Below are positions 54,357 to 62,893 of a DNA stretch of 64,000 nucleotides, piece after piece. The DNA is from Candidatus Micrarchaeia archaeon (GTDB lineage: Archaea > Micrarchaeota > Micrarchaeia > CABMEP01): the NCBI GenBank assembly GCA_038880755.1, contig JAVZRC010000003.1, positions 17,231-81,230 on the forward strand, read 5' to 3'. A program made the position numbers and the translations under genes. Position 1 is the first letter of the stretch. The number at the start of each line of letters is the position of its first letter. The notes under the pieces are model-generated. The model was not told the origin of the DNA, ran no database searches, and saw only the letters and a list, made by a program, of their open reading frames with translations.

Positions 54357-54466
54357 GCTTGGGTGGTGTAGAACCTTGCTGCGCAAGTTCTGCGCACATG
54401 GTGCACAGTGGTCTAGCATTGCGGCCTGTCACGCCGCCGACCCGGGTTCGAATCCCGGCCCAGGCG
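54357..54466 (+). tRNA. tRNA-Asp(GUC) with a ~37-nt intron in the D-loop (~54372-54408)
   Basis: Hand fold: acceptor GCTTGGG/CCCAGGC, intact anticodon arm GCGGC-CTGTCAC-GCCGC, T arm CCGGG-TTCGAAT-CCCGG. The D arm GTGT-AG|insert|TGGTCTA-GCAT forms only if 37 nt are removed. Confidence 0.75.
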
Positions 54467-54527
54467 CTTTTATTTTATATTCGTATTTTTATAGATAAGA
54501 ATAACTAAATAAGTCATTTTCATTAAC

Positions 54528-54884
54528 TTATTTTGGGCATTCTCCTTCTGTCCAATATTCAACTTTAGGATCTTGGCATGCGAAACATTTATTAGAATAT
54601 GTTGCTGCGCAGGGATATCTCACACATTTTATTGATTCATTAAACCATCCACATACTGGTTCGTATAAAGCAATGCAAACCTCTGCTTTTCTTGACTCTG
54701 GCGTACAATAATTCTGTTTATAATTAGAACCATCAGAATTTTCTTTCACCACTTTATCCGCAACGTAAAGTAAAGCAGCTATTGCAATCATAGCTATTGC
54801 AAAGTAGAAAATAATTTTCATTTTTTTATCCATTTTAATTTTCACTTCATTTCTCTTCATAAGATCACTCTCAATAAGCTCCAT
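54528..54884 (-). CDS. membrane-anchored/secreted protein with a Kazal-like Cys-rich domain
   Basis: 118 aa. N-terminal TM (IIFYFAIAMIAIAALLYV), then C..ES....VC...YEPVCG[8-aa insert with 2 extra Cys]ATYSNKCFACQDPKVEYWTEGEC. Compare ovomucoid third domain YRPLCGSDNKTYGNKCNFC....GKC. Confidence 0.55.
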   Translation of the reverse strand: MELIESDLMKRNEVKIKMDKKMKIIFYFAIAMIAIAALLYVADKVVKENSDGSNYKQNYCTPESRKAEVCIALYEPVCGWFNESIKCVRYPCAATYSNKCFACQDPKVEYWTEGECPK

Positions 54885-54889
54885 AAGTA

Positions 54890-56617
54890 TTATCTTTTAG
54901 AAAACCATTCTATTAGTTTCTTGAAATCCATTGCATTTAAAACATCATTCTTTTCACACCATCCTCTTCTTGCCACTCCAACTCCGTATTCTATATAATT
55001 AAGATGGTCAACCGCATGCGCGTCAGTGTTTATACATAATTTGATCCCAATCTCCTTTGCCTTTCTTACATATATGTCATTCAAGTCCAATCTCAGGGGG
55101 AAGCTGTTTACTTCCATTGCAATGCTTCTCTCTTTACATACTTCCATAATCTGATCCATGTCAACTTCATAAGGCATTCTTTCATTTATGAGTCTTCCTG
55201 TTGGGTGTCCAAGTATCTTTACATATTTGTTTTCTAATGCATTAAGAATACGGTTTGTCATTTCTGATTTTGGTGATTTGAATCTGGAGTGGACTGAAGC
55301 TACGACATAATCCAATCTCTTTAATATATCATCAGAATAATCCAAGCTTCCATCTGGAAGTATGCTTACTTCGCTGCTATGCAGAATTTGTATTCCTTTT
55401 ATTTTCTTTCTGATTTCTTTTATAGTCTCGATCTGCTCTTCGATTCTTTTTTCATCCATCCCATTAGCAATTCTTTCTGATTTTGAATGATCCGCAATTC
55501 CAATATATTCATATCCTTTTTTCTTTGCAGCTATTACCATTTCCTCTATTGTTCCAGTTCCTTCTGACCAATTAGTATGAACATGAAGGTCTCCTTTTAT
55601 GTCTTTAACATCTATAAGATTTGGTAATTTGTTATCTATTGCAGCCTTTATCTCTCCTTTGTTTTCACGAAGCTCAGGTGGTATCCATTTCATTCCAAGC
55701 TTTTCATAAATCTCTTCTTCATTTTCTCCAGCAATTTGCTTCTCTCCTTTAAATATCCCGTATTCGTTTAATTTCCATCCTTTTGAAATTGCAATCTTTC
55801 TCAATTCAATATTATGCTCTTTATTGCCAGTAAAATACTGCAAGGCTGCGCCAAAAGATTTTGACTCAATTATCCTTAGATCCACCTGAATCCTATAATC
55901 TCCTTTTTCTATGACAATCATTGATTTCTTTTCTCCCTTAGCTAGAACCTCTACAACATTAGGGAGAGAAACAAATCTATCCATTATATCTTTTCCTTCA
56001 GCAACTTCAGCCAGTATGTCTATATCACCTATTGTTTCCACTCTTCTTCTTAAGGAGCCACCAATCTCTATTCTTTTAACTCCTTTTGTAGTCTTCAATT
56101 CTTCTACGATCTCTCTGGCTATTGGAAGTGCAACCCCAAGCGGCAACCTTTCCTTTCCTTTCTTTGCGATCTCTATTGCCTTGATTATGTTTTCTTCTGT
56201 TTTTTCTCCAAATCCTTCTAATTTTGCAATTCTACCCTCTTTTGCTGCAGCTTCCAGCTCCTCTATGGAATTTATTTTGAGTTCCTTGTACAACCTTATT
56301 GCCTTTTTTGGGCCCAACCCTTGGAGATCCATTATTTCTCTTAGTCCTTTCGGTATTTTTTTCCTTAATCTTTCATATTCCTTAACTTTCCCTGTAAGTA
56401 TGAATTCCTCTGTCTTCTTTGCTATTGCCTCGCCAACACCCGGAATCTCCATCAAAGCTTTTATTCCTCCTTTTTTGTACACCTCTTCTATAGGTTCAGA
56501 AAGAGTTTCTATCGCCCTTGCAGCCTTTCTATATGCAATCGGCTTCCATTTAACATCTTGTAATTCAAGTATGTCAGCCATTGCATAAAATATGGCTGCA
56601 ATTTCTATGTTCTTCAT
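54890..56617 (-). CDS. polX: family X DNA polymerase with C-terminal PHP domain
   Basis: 575 aa. HhH motifs (GVGEAIAKK, GLGPKKA), nucleotidyltransferase GGSLRRRVETIGDIDIL, PHP GDLHVHTNWSEG .. ADHS .. NTDAH. Confidence 0.85.
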   Translation of the reverse strand: MKNIEIAAIFYAMADILELQDVKWKPIAYRKAARAIETLSEPIEEVYKKGGIKALMEIPGVGEAIAKKTEEFILTGKVKEYERLRKKIPKGLREIMDLQGLGPKKAIRLYKELKINSIEELEAAAKEGRIAKLEGFGEKTEENIIKAIEIAKKGKERLPLGVALPIAREIVEELKTTKGVKRIEIGGSLRRRVETIGDIDILAEVAEGKDIMDRFVSLPNVVEVLAKGEKKSMIVIEKGDYRIQVDLRIIESKSFGAALQYFTGNKEHNIELRKIAISKGWKLNEYGIFKGEKQIAGENEEEIYEKLGMKWIPPELRENKGEIKAAIDNKLPNLIDVKDIKGDLHVHTNWSEGTGTIEEMVIAAKKKGYEYIGIADHSKSERIANGMDEKRIEEQIETIKEIRKKIKGIQILHSSEVSILPDGSLDYSDDILKRLDYVVASVHSRFKSPKSEMTNRILNALENKYVKILGHPTGRLINERMPYEVDMDQIMEVCKERSIAMEVNSFPLRLDLNDIYVRKAKEIGIKLCINTDAHAVDHLNYIEYGVGVARRGWCEKNDVLNAMDFKKLIEWFSKR

Positions 56618-56693
56618 GAATGAGTTTTATGTTGTTGGTTTTAAATATTTTATGTTGTATATCTATTTATTCTATTTATTCAAAGTGAGAATC

Positions 56694-58625
56694 ATGAAGG
56701 CAAAATTACCAGACGGCTCTTCTTTAGAGTTTAAGAGCGGAGAAACAGGGTTTGATTTGGCAAATAAAATAGGCAAAAAATTAGCTAGCGATGCAGTTGC
56801 TTGCGTAGTCAACGGAAGGATTGTTGATCTTTCATATCCTTTGACAGAAGACTGTGAATTCAAAATTCTTACATTCAAAGATAAGGAAGGAAAAGAAGTA
56901 TTTTGGCATAGCGCAAGCCATGTAATGGCAAAAGCGGTTAAGAGATTGTTTCCAGATGCAAAGCTCGCAATAGGTCCTGCAATAGAAGAAGGATTCTACT
57001 ATGATTTTGATTTGGATCACACATTTACTCCTGAAGACTTCAAGCTTATTGAAGAGGAGTTCAAAAGAATAGTTGAGAAAAACGAGCCATTTCAAAGGAA
57101 AGAGATTCCAATAGCAGAAGCAAAGAAAATATTTGCTGAAAGAAAAGAGAAATACAAGCTAGAGATGATAGAAGAGTTGGAACAACTTGGTGAACAGACA
57201 GTTTCTGTTTATTATACTGACAGTGATTTTGTTGATTTATGCAGAGGGCCTCATCTTCCTTCCACCGGTAAGATAAGGGCATTTAAGATAATGAAGAATG
57301 CAGGTGCTTACTGGAGAGGAGATTCAAAAAACAAGATGCTTCAAAGACTGTATGCAGTTGCATACCCAGAGCAAAAGATGCTTGATGAATATGTAAGATT
57401 TTTGGAAGAGGCAGAAAAAAGAGATCATAGAAAATTAGGAAGAGAGCTAGGCATTTTCATGACTCATGATTATGCATTGGCAGGAAGCCCATTCTTTTTG
57501 AAAGGAGGAGTTGTTATCTACAATGAATTGCAGAAATTTTTAAGAGAAGAATACTTGAAAAGAAACTACAATGAAGTTATAACACCACAAGTTTTCAAGA
57601 AAGTTCTTTGGGAGACATCAGGACATTGGCAACACTATAGGCAAAACATGTTTTCATTCGAGATAAATGGAGAAGAGTATGCATTGAAGGCAATGAACTG
57701 TCCTTCCCATCTTTTAATCTACAATTCTACATCGCACAGCTATAAGGATTTACCGTATAGAATAGCAGATTTCGGACAGCTGCATAGAAACGAACTTGGC
57801 GGTGTGCTTGGAGGATTGACAAGAGTAACAAAATTTGCGCAGGATGACGCGCACATATTTGTAACTCCAGAACAACTAGAAGATGAGATTTCTGATCTTC
57901 TTGCTTTTATAAAATATATCTATGGAGATCTTTTCGGATTCAAATACAGAATGAAGCTTTCAACAAAGCCTGAAGGTGCAATGGGAGATCCTAAGCTTTG
58001 GGAGAAAGCAGAAGAGGCATTAGCAAACGCATTAAAAAGGAATGGAATCAATTATATAATCAATCCTGGAGATGGAGCGTTTTACGGTCCTAAGATTGAT
58101 GTTGATATATCAGATGCATTGAATAGGCCATGGCAGTGTGCAACAATACAGCTGGATTTTCAGATGCCATTGAGATTCAATGCAACATATGTGGATAAGG
58201 ACGGAACTAGAAAGCCAGTCATAATGGTTCACAGAGCAATATTAGGGAGTATGGAAAGATTCATTGGAATATTGATTGAGCACTATGCTGGGAAGTTTCC
58301 AACATGGCTTTCCCCAGTTCAGGTAATTCTTCTTCCTTTGACTGATGATCAAGTTGAATACTGCAAAGAACTTGATAAAAGAATGCGAGATATGGGAATA
58401 AGATCTGAAGTGGATGCAAGAAATGAAAAACTTGAGGCAAGAATAAGAGATGCACAATTAAGAAAGATTCCTTATATTATTACAGTAGGAAAGAGAGAAA
58501 TGGCTGCAGGTACTTTGTCCGTAAGAAAAAGAACTGGAGAGGTTTCATCCTTGCAAGCAGAGGAGTTCATAAAAAGAATAAAAGAAGAAATTGCAAGCAG
58601 ATCAAAGGAGCTTAAGGTAATCTGA
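56694..58625 (+). CDS. thrS: threonyl-tRNA synthetase (full length: TGS, second additional/editing domain, class II core, anticodon-binding)
   Basis: MKAKLPDGS..EF (TGS), HSASHVMA, CRGPHL, class II motifs (..HRNELGG.., ..GDGAFYGPKID), VILLP. ATG at 56694 (track ORF starts upstream at 56592, overlapping polX). Confidence 0.9.
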   Translation: MKAKLPDGSSLEFKSGETGFDLANKIGKKLASDAVACVVNGRIVDLSYPLTEDCEFKILTFKDKEGKEVFWHSASHVMAKAVKRLFPDAKLAIGPAIEEGFYYDFDLDHTFTPEDFKLIEEEFKRIVEKNEPFQRKEIPIAEAKKIFAERKEKYKLEMIEELEQLGEQTVSVYYTDSDFVDLCRGPHLPSTGKIRAFKIMKNAGAYWRGDSKNKMLQRLYAVAYPEQKMLDEYVRFLEEAEKRDHRKLGRELGIFMTHDYALAGSPFFLKGGVVIYNELQKFLREEYLKRNYNEVITPQVFKKVLWETSGHWQHYRQNMFSFEINGEEYALKAMNCPSHLLIYNSTSHSYKDLPYRIADFGQLHRNELGGVLGGLTRVTKFAQDDAHIFVTPEQLEDEISDLLAFIKYIYGDLFGFKYRMKLSTKPEGAMGDPKLWEKAEEALANALKRNGINYIINPGDGAFYGPKIDVDISDALNRPWQCATIQLDFQMPLRFNATYVDKDGTRKPVIMVHRAILGSMERFIGILIEHYAGKFPTWLSPVQVILLPLTDDQVEYCKELDKRMRDMGIRSEVDARNEKLEARIRDAQLRKIPYIITVGKREMAAGTLSVRKRTGEVSSLQAEEFIKRIKEEIASRSKELKVI

Positions 58626-58672
58626 TTTTTCTGTTTTTGGATTTTTGACTGTTAGCTCTTTTATCATAATAT

Positions 58673-59581
58673 TTACTTTTTCTCTTTGTTTTCTATCATT
58701 GGATAGATAAAACTGAATGCAATTAAGATTATTCCTGCTCCAACTATCATTAATCCTTGTGTCAATATGCTTCCAAATATCGGAGATAGAAAGTCAATTA
58801 TGTTTGTCATTGTTATCAGCTGTTGAGAAGATGTCACTCCTGTTCCGGATACTGTATCTTTCACAACATTCGGCAAGAAGAATGATCCTGCTGATATTAA
58901 TATCCCAGTTATCAGTAAAGGCCATCCAAGAGTTTTTGCAAAATCTTTCAAATTAAGAGTAAGTATGAATATAATCGCTACTATTGCTAAAATTCCAATG
59001 AATAACTGAGAAACCATGCTCTTAAACATCAGTACATTACTTTTTAGATCAGAAAGCGCTTGTTTTGTTCCAGGTGCAAACTGTTCAACATCGAGCGGAT
59101 CGGGTATAGACTTTACTACATCCAGTTCATTTGCTAAGCTGGTTGCAGCTGATTTAGATAATCCTATCTTATCTACAATCAAGTTAACAATCCCTTCCGC
59201 TATTTTAGGCTTTAGAGATATTGAAAGGTTGACGCCTTTTGTTTCATCATTAAGATACCACATTAAATTCCTTATATTCCTATCCACTTCCCCCTTCACC
59301 CATTCTTTAGTTATAGATTTTGACATTGCATTCTTTAGATCTGTTTCAGTTATTCCATATGTAGTAAGTTGATTTGCTGGAATCTGTGAAGATATCATAT
59401 TCAGCAATCCATTTTGTATTTTTATGTACATTCCTGTCTTTTCAAATTGAGTCTCATAATACTTTTGATCAAGAAGATTGGATTGAATTGCATTCATTAT
59501 TATATAGGATGGCAATGCAGCCATTAGAATAAGTACAAGTATTCCAATCACAAATCCCTTAAGCAGATCAATTATACCCAT
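58673..59581 (-). CDS. hypothetical integral membrane protein
   Basis: 302 aa. N-terminal TM, long extracytoplasmic segment, three C-terminal TM helices. No family recognised. Confidence 0.4.
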   Translation of the reverse strand: MGIIDLLKGFVIGILVLILMAALPSYIIMNAIQSNLLDQKYYETQFEKTGMYIKIQNGLLNMISSQIPANQLTTYGITETDLKNAMSKSITKEWVKGEVDRNIRNLMWYLNDETKGVNLSISLKPKIAEGIVNLIVDKIGLSKSAATSLANELDVVKSIPDPLDVEQFAPGTKQALSDLKSNVLMFKSMVSQLFIGILAIVAIIFILTLNLKDFAKTLGWPLLITGILISAGSFFLPNVVKDTVSGTGVTSSQQLITMTNIIDFLSPIFGSILTQGLMIVGAGIILIAFSFIYPMIENKEKK

Positions 59582-59659
59582 ACATTCACCTATAATTTAT
59601 TGTACATCAAATCTGATTGTTAATCTAAATTTATATAGTTTTCTCTTATATATTCAATC

Positions 59660-62600
59660 ATGGTTGAGGAAGATACTAAGAAGGAAGTTCTTGATGCAGA
59701 TGCATATTATGAAAAAGGAAACTATTACTACGAACAAGGAGATTATGATAGAGCTATAGAAAATTACAACATGGCTATAATTCTTAATCCTAGATTTTTA
59801 GAGTGCTATTTTAACAGGGCTTTATGTTATTATAATAAAAAGAATTATGACAAGGCAATAGAAGATTACACTAAAGCTATAGAGATTGATCCAGATAATC
59901 CAATGATATATAACAACAGGGGAGATGCATATTATAGGAAACAAGATTTTGAAAAGGCGATAGCAGATTATAATAAGGCTATAAGCTTAAACCCAGAGTA
60001 CTTAAAAGCATATTATAACAGGGGATTGGCATACGCATCCATGCAGGACTATGAAAGCGGAGTAGAGAACTTCACTAAGGTTATAGAGCTTGATCCTAAT
60101 TTTGTAGAGGCATATAATGCAAGAGGATTGGCCTATGAATTTCTTGAGAAATATGATGAAGCAATTGCAGATTATCAGAAGGCATTAGAGATAAATCCTA
60201 ATTTCACAGAGGCACAAGAGCACCTTGCAGCAGCACAGAAAAAGAAATCAGAGAAAGAAGCATCCAGTGGCGAAGGCGTTTCAGCTGTCAAATTCATGGC
60301 AAAGCCAAAAGTGACTTTCAAAGACGTAGTGGGAATGGACCAGGTAAAAGAACTAATCAGAGAGTACATAGTTTATCCACTGAAAGATCCTGAGCTTGCA
60401 AGGAAATACGGGAAGTTTGGTGGAGGTGGAGTTCTTTTCTATGGACCGCCCGGATGTGGTAAGTGTGTTTCTCCAGACACACCAATTCAGTTATCAAACG
60501 GCCAGATTCTCTCAATTGAAGAAGTTTATAACATTGCAAAAGGGAATGGGAAAGAAATAAAGGTAGGAGAGGAAGAAATAGTAGAAAATCCTTCAGTTAA
60601 GGTATTATCCTTAAATCCAACCACTCTAAAGATCGAAGAGAAAAACGTGTTATTTGCATACAAGCAGAGATATAAAGGAAAGATGTATGAGATAATAACT
60701 CGCTCTGGCAGAAAGATATCTGTAACCCCAGAACATCCTTTCTTCTCTGTTGACAATGGAGTAGTAAAGATAAAAGCAAAAGATCTCTCTGTTGGTTCCT
60801 ACATTGCAACCCCAAGGGAATTAACCGTGCAGCCTGTTCCTTTGATTGCAAATGAATCTCAAGACATGTTCCTTCCAATTTCTATATTCAGAATACAGAA
60901 TTCAGGTTTGGATAGCGTTTCAAATCAAACGAATGTTAGATTGAGATATAAAGCTTATAGAAGGCCTGCAAAAGAATTCAATCAGATAAATTATGTGGAT
61001 CAGGATGTTGCTGAATTATTCGGTTATCTTCTTTCTGAAGGCTCTTCAAATGGAGGCACAATATTCTTTTTCAATTCAGATAAAAACCTAGTTGACAGAG
61101 TAGAGCATCTCTCCTCTAAGGTTTTTGGAATAAAGCCACGCATAAAACCGGACAGATCTCAAAATGTATTAAGGTTAGAAATATCATCAACAGGACTAAT
61201 AAAATATCTAGAGCAAACTCACGGATTCAAGCTTATAGGCTCTAGAAATACAAAGGTACCAATAAGCATAATTACGGCTAAAAATAAAATAGTGGCAGAG
61301 TTTCTTTCTGCTGTTTTTGAAAGCGAAGCAAACATTCGTAAGGATGTTCCAGAAATCGAATTCATAACTGCAAGTAAGGTATTTGCAAATCAGATATCGT
61401 ATTTGCTTTTAAGATTCGGAATAATCGGAAGAATCAAAGAGAAATCAGTTAGAGGATACGATCATACCTATTATAGAATCTATGTGACAGGCCATAATCA
61501 ACTAAAATTATTTGAAGAAACAATAGGCTTCAAGAGCGAAAGAAAAAGAGAGCTATTAAGAAAGTGGACTTCTAACCAAGTTAAAGAAAATACAAACGTT
61601 GATGTAATACCAAATATCAGCAATCTGTTAATGAAAGCAAGAGAAGGGCTTGGAATGAACAAAGAACAGTTCTATAATACAAGCTCAAAACATGGAAAAG
61701 CATATGAATCATCTAAGCATCTTAGCAGGAATCTTGTTGCGAGATTAATTTCAGATAAGAGAGAAACAAATGAAATTAAAGAACTAAGATTACTTTCTGA
61801 TTCTTCTGTGCTATGGGACGAAGTTGTAAAGATAAGAGAATTCGACTATGACGGCTTCGTTTATGATCTTACAGTGGAAGACAATCATAATTTCATAGCT
61901 GGTTTTGGAGGGATAGTGGTACATAATACGTTTATCATGAAGGCGGCAGCAGGAGAGGTTGGTGCAAACTTCCTTAATGTGAAATTAAGCGATGTATTAG
62001 ACATGTATGTCGGTAACACTGAAAAGAACATTAGAAATATTTTCGAAGCTGCAAGAAAGGCATCACCATGCATAATATTCATAGATGAAATCGATGGTTT
62101 AGGTGGAAGAAGAGAACAGATGAAGGAATCAGGTCAATACATGAGGATGGCAGTTAACCAATTGCTTTACGAAATGGATGGAGTTGAGGCAAGAAATGAA
62201 AATGTTTTAGTAGTAGCGGCAACAAACGCGCCATGGGATGTTGATCCTGCATTAAGAAGAGCTGGAAGATTTTCAAAGCTTATTTATGTCGGAGAACCAG
62301 ATTATGCATCAAGAAAGGCAATGTTTCAATACTATGCAAAAGGAAGACCTGTTTCTAAAAATGTTGATTGGGATAGACTTGCAAGGGCAACTGAGGGATA
62401 TTCTTCTTCTGACATTAAGGCAATCAGCGATGATGCAGCAGCTATTCCATGGATAGAGGCTTTGAAGACAGGAAAACAAAGAGAGATAACAATGAAGGAT
62501 TACATAGAAGTATTGGATCCATTTGCAGCAGATCCAATTAAATACTTAACCGCAGCTAAAAAGCCTAAAGGAAAGAAATCCTCTCTTCCACCATGGTATG

Positions 62601-62875
62601 AAAGTGCAAAGAAAGAGATAGGTAAGCAGGAAGAAGTAGAGACAGTTGATGGAAAAGAGATAAAGAGAATAAAGGAACCAAAAATGCCACCTGGAGAAAG
62701 AGAGTATTTCAAAGAATTGATAGATTTAATTGAAAGTAGGAATAAACCCCACAATAAATTCCTTCTTTGGTTATGGAGAAAAAGTGCTCTTTACCAAGAT
62801 TATTTAGTTCCATTTGTTATTGCAGGAATAATATATTTACTTTATATTGCATTCCAATCTTCTTTAGGCTTCTAA
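59660..62875 (+). CDS. TPR-repeat AAA+ ATPase with C-terminal TM helix, interrupted by an intein in the Walker A motif
   Basis: 1071-aa precursor. About 5-6 TPR units (A..Y......Y..AI..Y..AI.L.P), GPPGCGK|intein|TFIMKAAA, Walker B IIFIDEID, second region of homology ATN.PWDVDPALRRAGRF, terminal TM LVPFVIAGIIYLLYIAF. Confidence 0.85.
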   Translation: MVEEDTKKEVLDADAYYEKGNYYYEQGDYDRAIENYNMAIILNPRFLECYFNRALCYYNKKNYDKAIEDYTKAIEIDPDNPMIYNNRGDAYYRKQDFEKAIADYNKAISLNPEYLKAYYNRGLAYASMQDYESGVENFTKVIELDPNFVEAYNARGLAYEFLEKYDEAIADYQKALEINPNFTEAQEHLAAAQKKKSEKEASSGEGVSAVKFMAKPKVTFKDVVGMDQVKELIREYIVYPLKDPELARKYGKFGGGGVLFYGPPGCGKCVSPDTPIQLSNGQILSIEEVYNIAKGNGKEIKVGEEEIVENPSVKVLSLNPTTLKIEEKNVLFAYKQRYKGKMYEIITRSGRKISVTPEHPFFSVDNGVVKIKAKDLSVGSYIATPRELTVQPVPLIANESQDMFLPISIFRIQNSGLDSVSNQTNVRLRYKAYRRPAKEFNQINYVDQDVAELFGYLLSEGSSNGGTIFFFNSDKNLVDRVEHLSSKVFGIKPRIKPDRSQNVLRLEISSTGLIKYLEQTHGFKLIGSRNTKVPISIITAKNKIVAEFLSAVFESEANIRKDVPEIEFITASKVFANQISYLLLRFGIIGRIKEKSVRGYDHTYYRIYVTGHNQLKLFEETIGFKSERKRELLRKWTSNQVKENTNVDVIPNISNLLMKAREGLGMNKEQFYNTSSKHGKAYESSKHLSRNLVARLISDKRETNEIKELRLLSDSSVLWDEVVKIREFDYDGFVYDLTVEDNHNFIAGFGGIVVHNTFIMKAAAGEVGANFLNVKLSDVLDMYVGNTEKNIRNIFEAARKASPCIIFIDEIDGLGGRREQMKESGQYMRMAVNQLLYEMDGVEARNENVLVVAATNAPWDVDPALRRAGRFSKLIYVGEPDYASRKAMFQYYAKGRPVSKNVDWDRLARATEGYSSSDIKAISDDAAAIPWIEALKTGKQREITMKDYIEVLDPFAADPIKYLTAAKKPKGKKSSLPPWYESAKKEIGKQEEVETVDGKEIKRIKEPKMPPGEREYFKELIDLIESRNKPHNKFLLWLWRKSALYQDYLVPFVIAGIIYLLYIAFQSSLGF
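60464..61927 (+). mobile_element. 488-aa intein with LAGLIDADG homing-endonuclease domain, inserted between Lys and Thr of the P-loop GxxGxGK/T
   Basis: Starts CVSPDTPIQL (block A), VTPEHPFF (block B). Two LAGLIDADG motifs (ELFGYLLSEGSS; VAEFLSAVFESEANI). FVYDLTVEDNHNFIAG (block F), ends VVHN followed by +1 Thr (block G). Removing it restores GPPGCGKTF. Confidence 0.85.
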
Positions 62876-62893
62876 TTATTTATCGGTGATTTA

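Noticed and set aside
54163-54432. 89-aa minus-strand ORF
   Set aside because: It exists only because the GC-rich tRNA-Tyr and tRNA-Asp genes lack stop codons on the opposite strand. It is fully explained by the tRNAs.
55911-56588. 225-aa plus-strand ORF inside polX; similar long antisense ORFs at 5276-5812, 11606-12097, 4616-5092 and 31363-31779
   Set aside because: All lie opposite well-supported conserved genes. Their S/F/I/P-rich composition is the mirror image of the purine-rich sense strand, and no motifs are recognisable.
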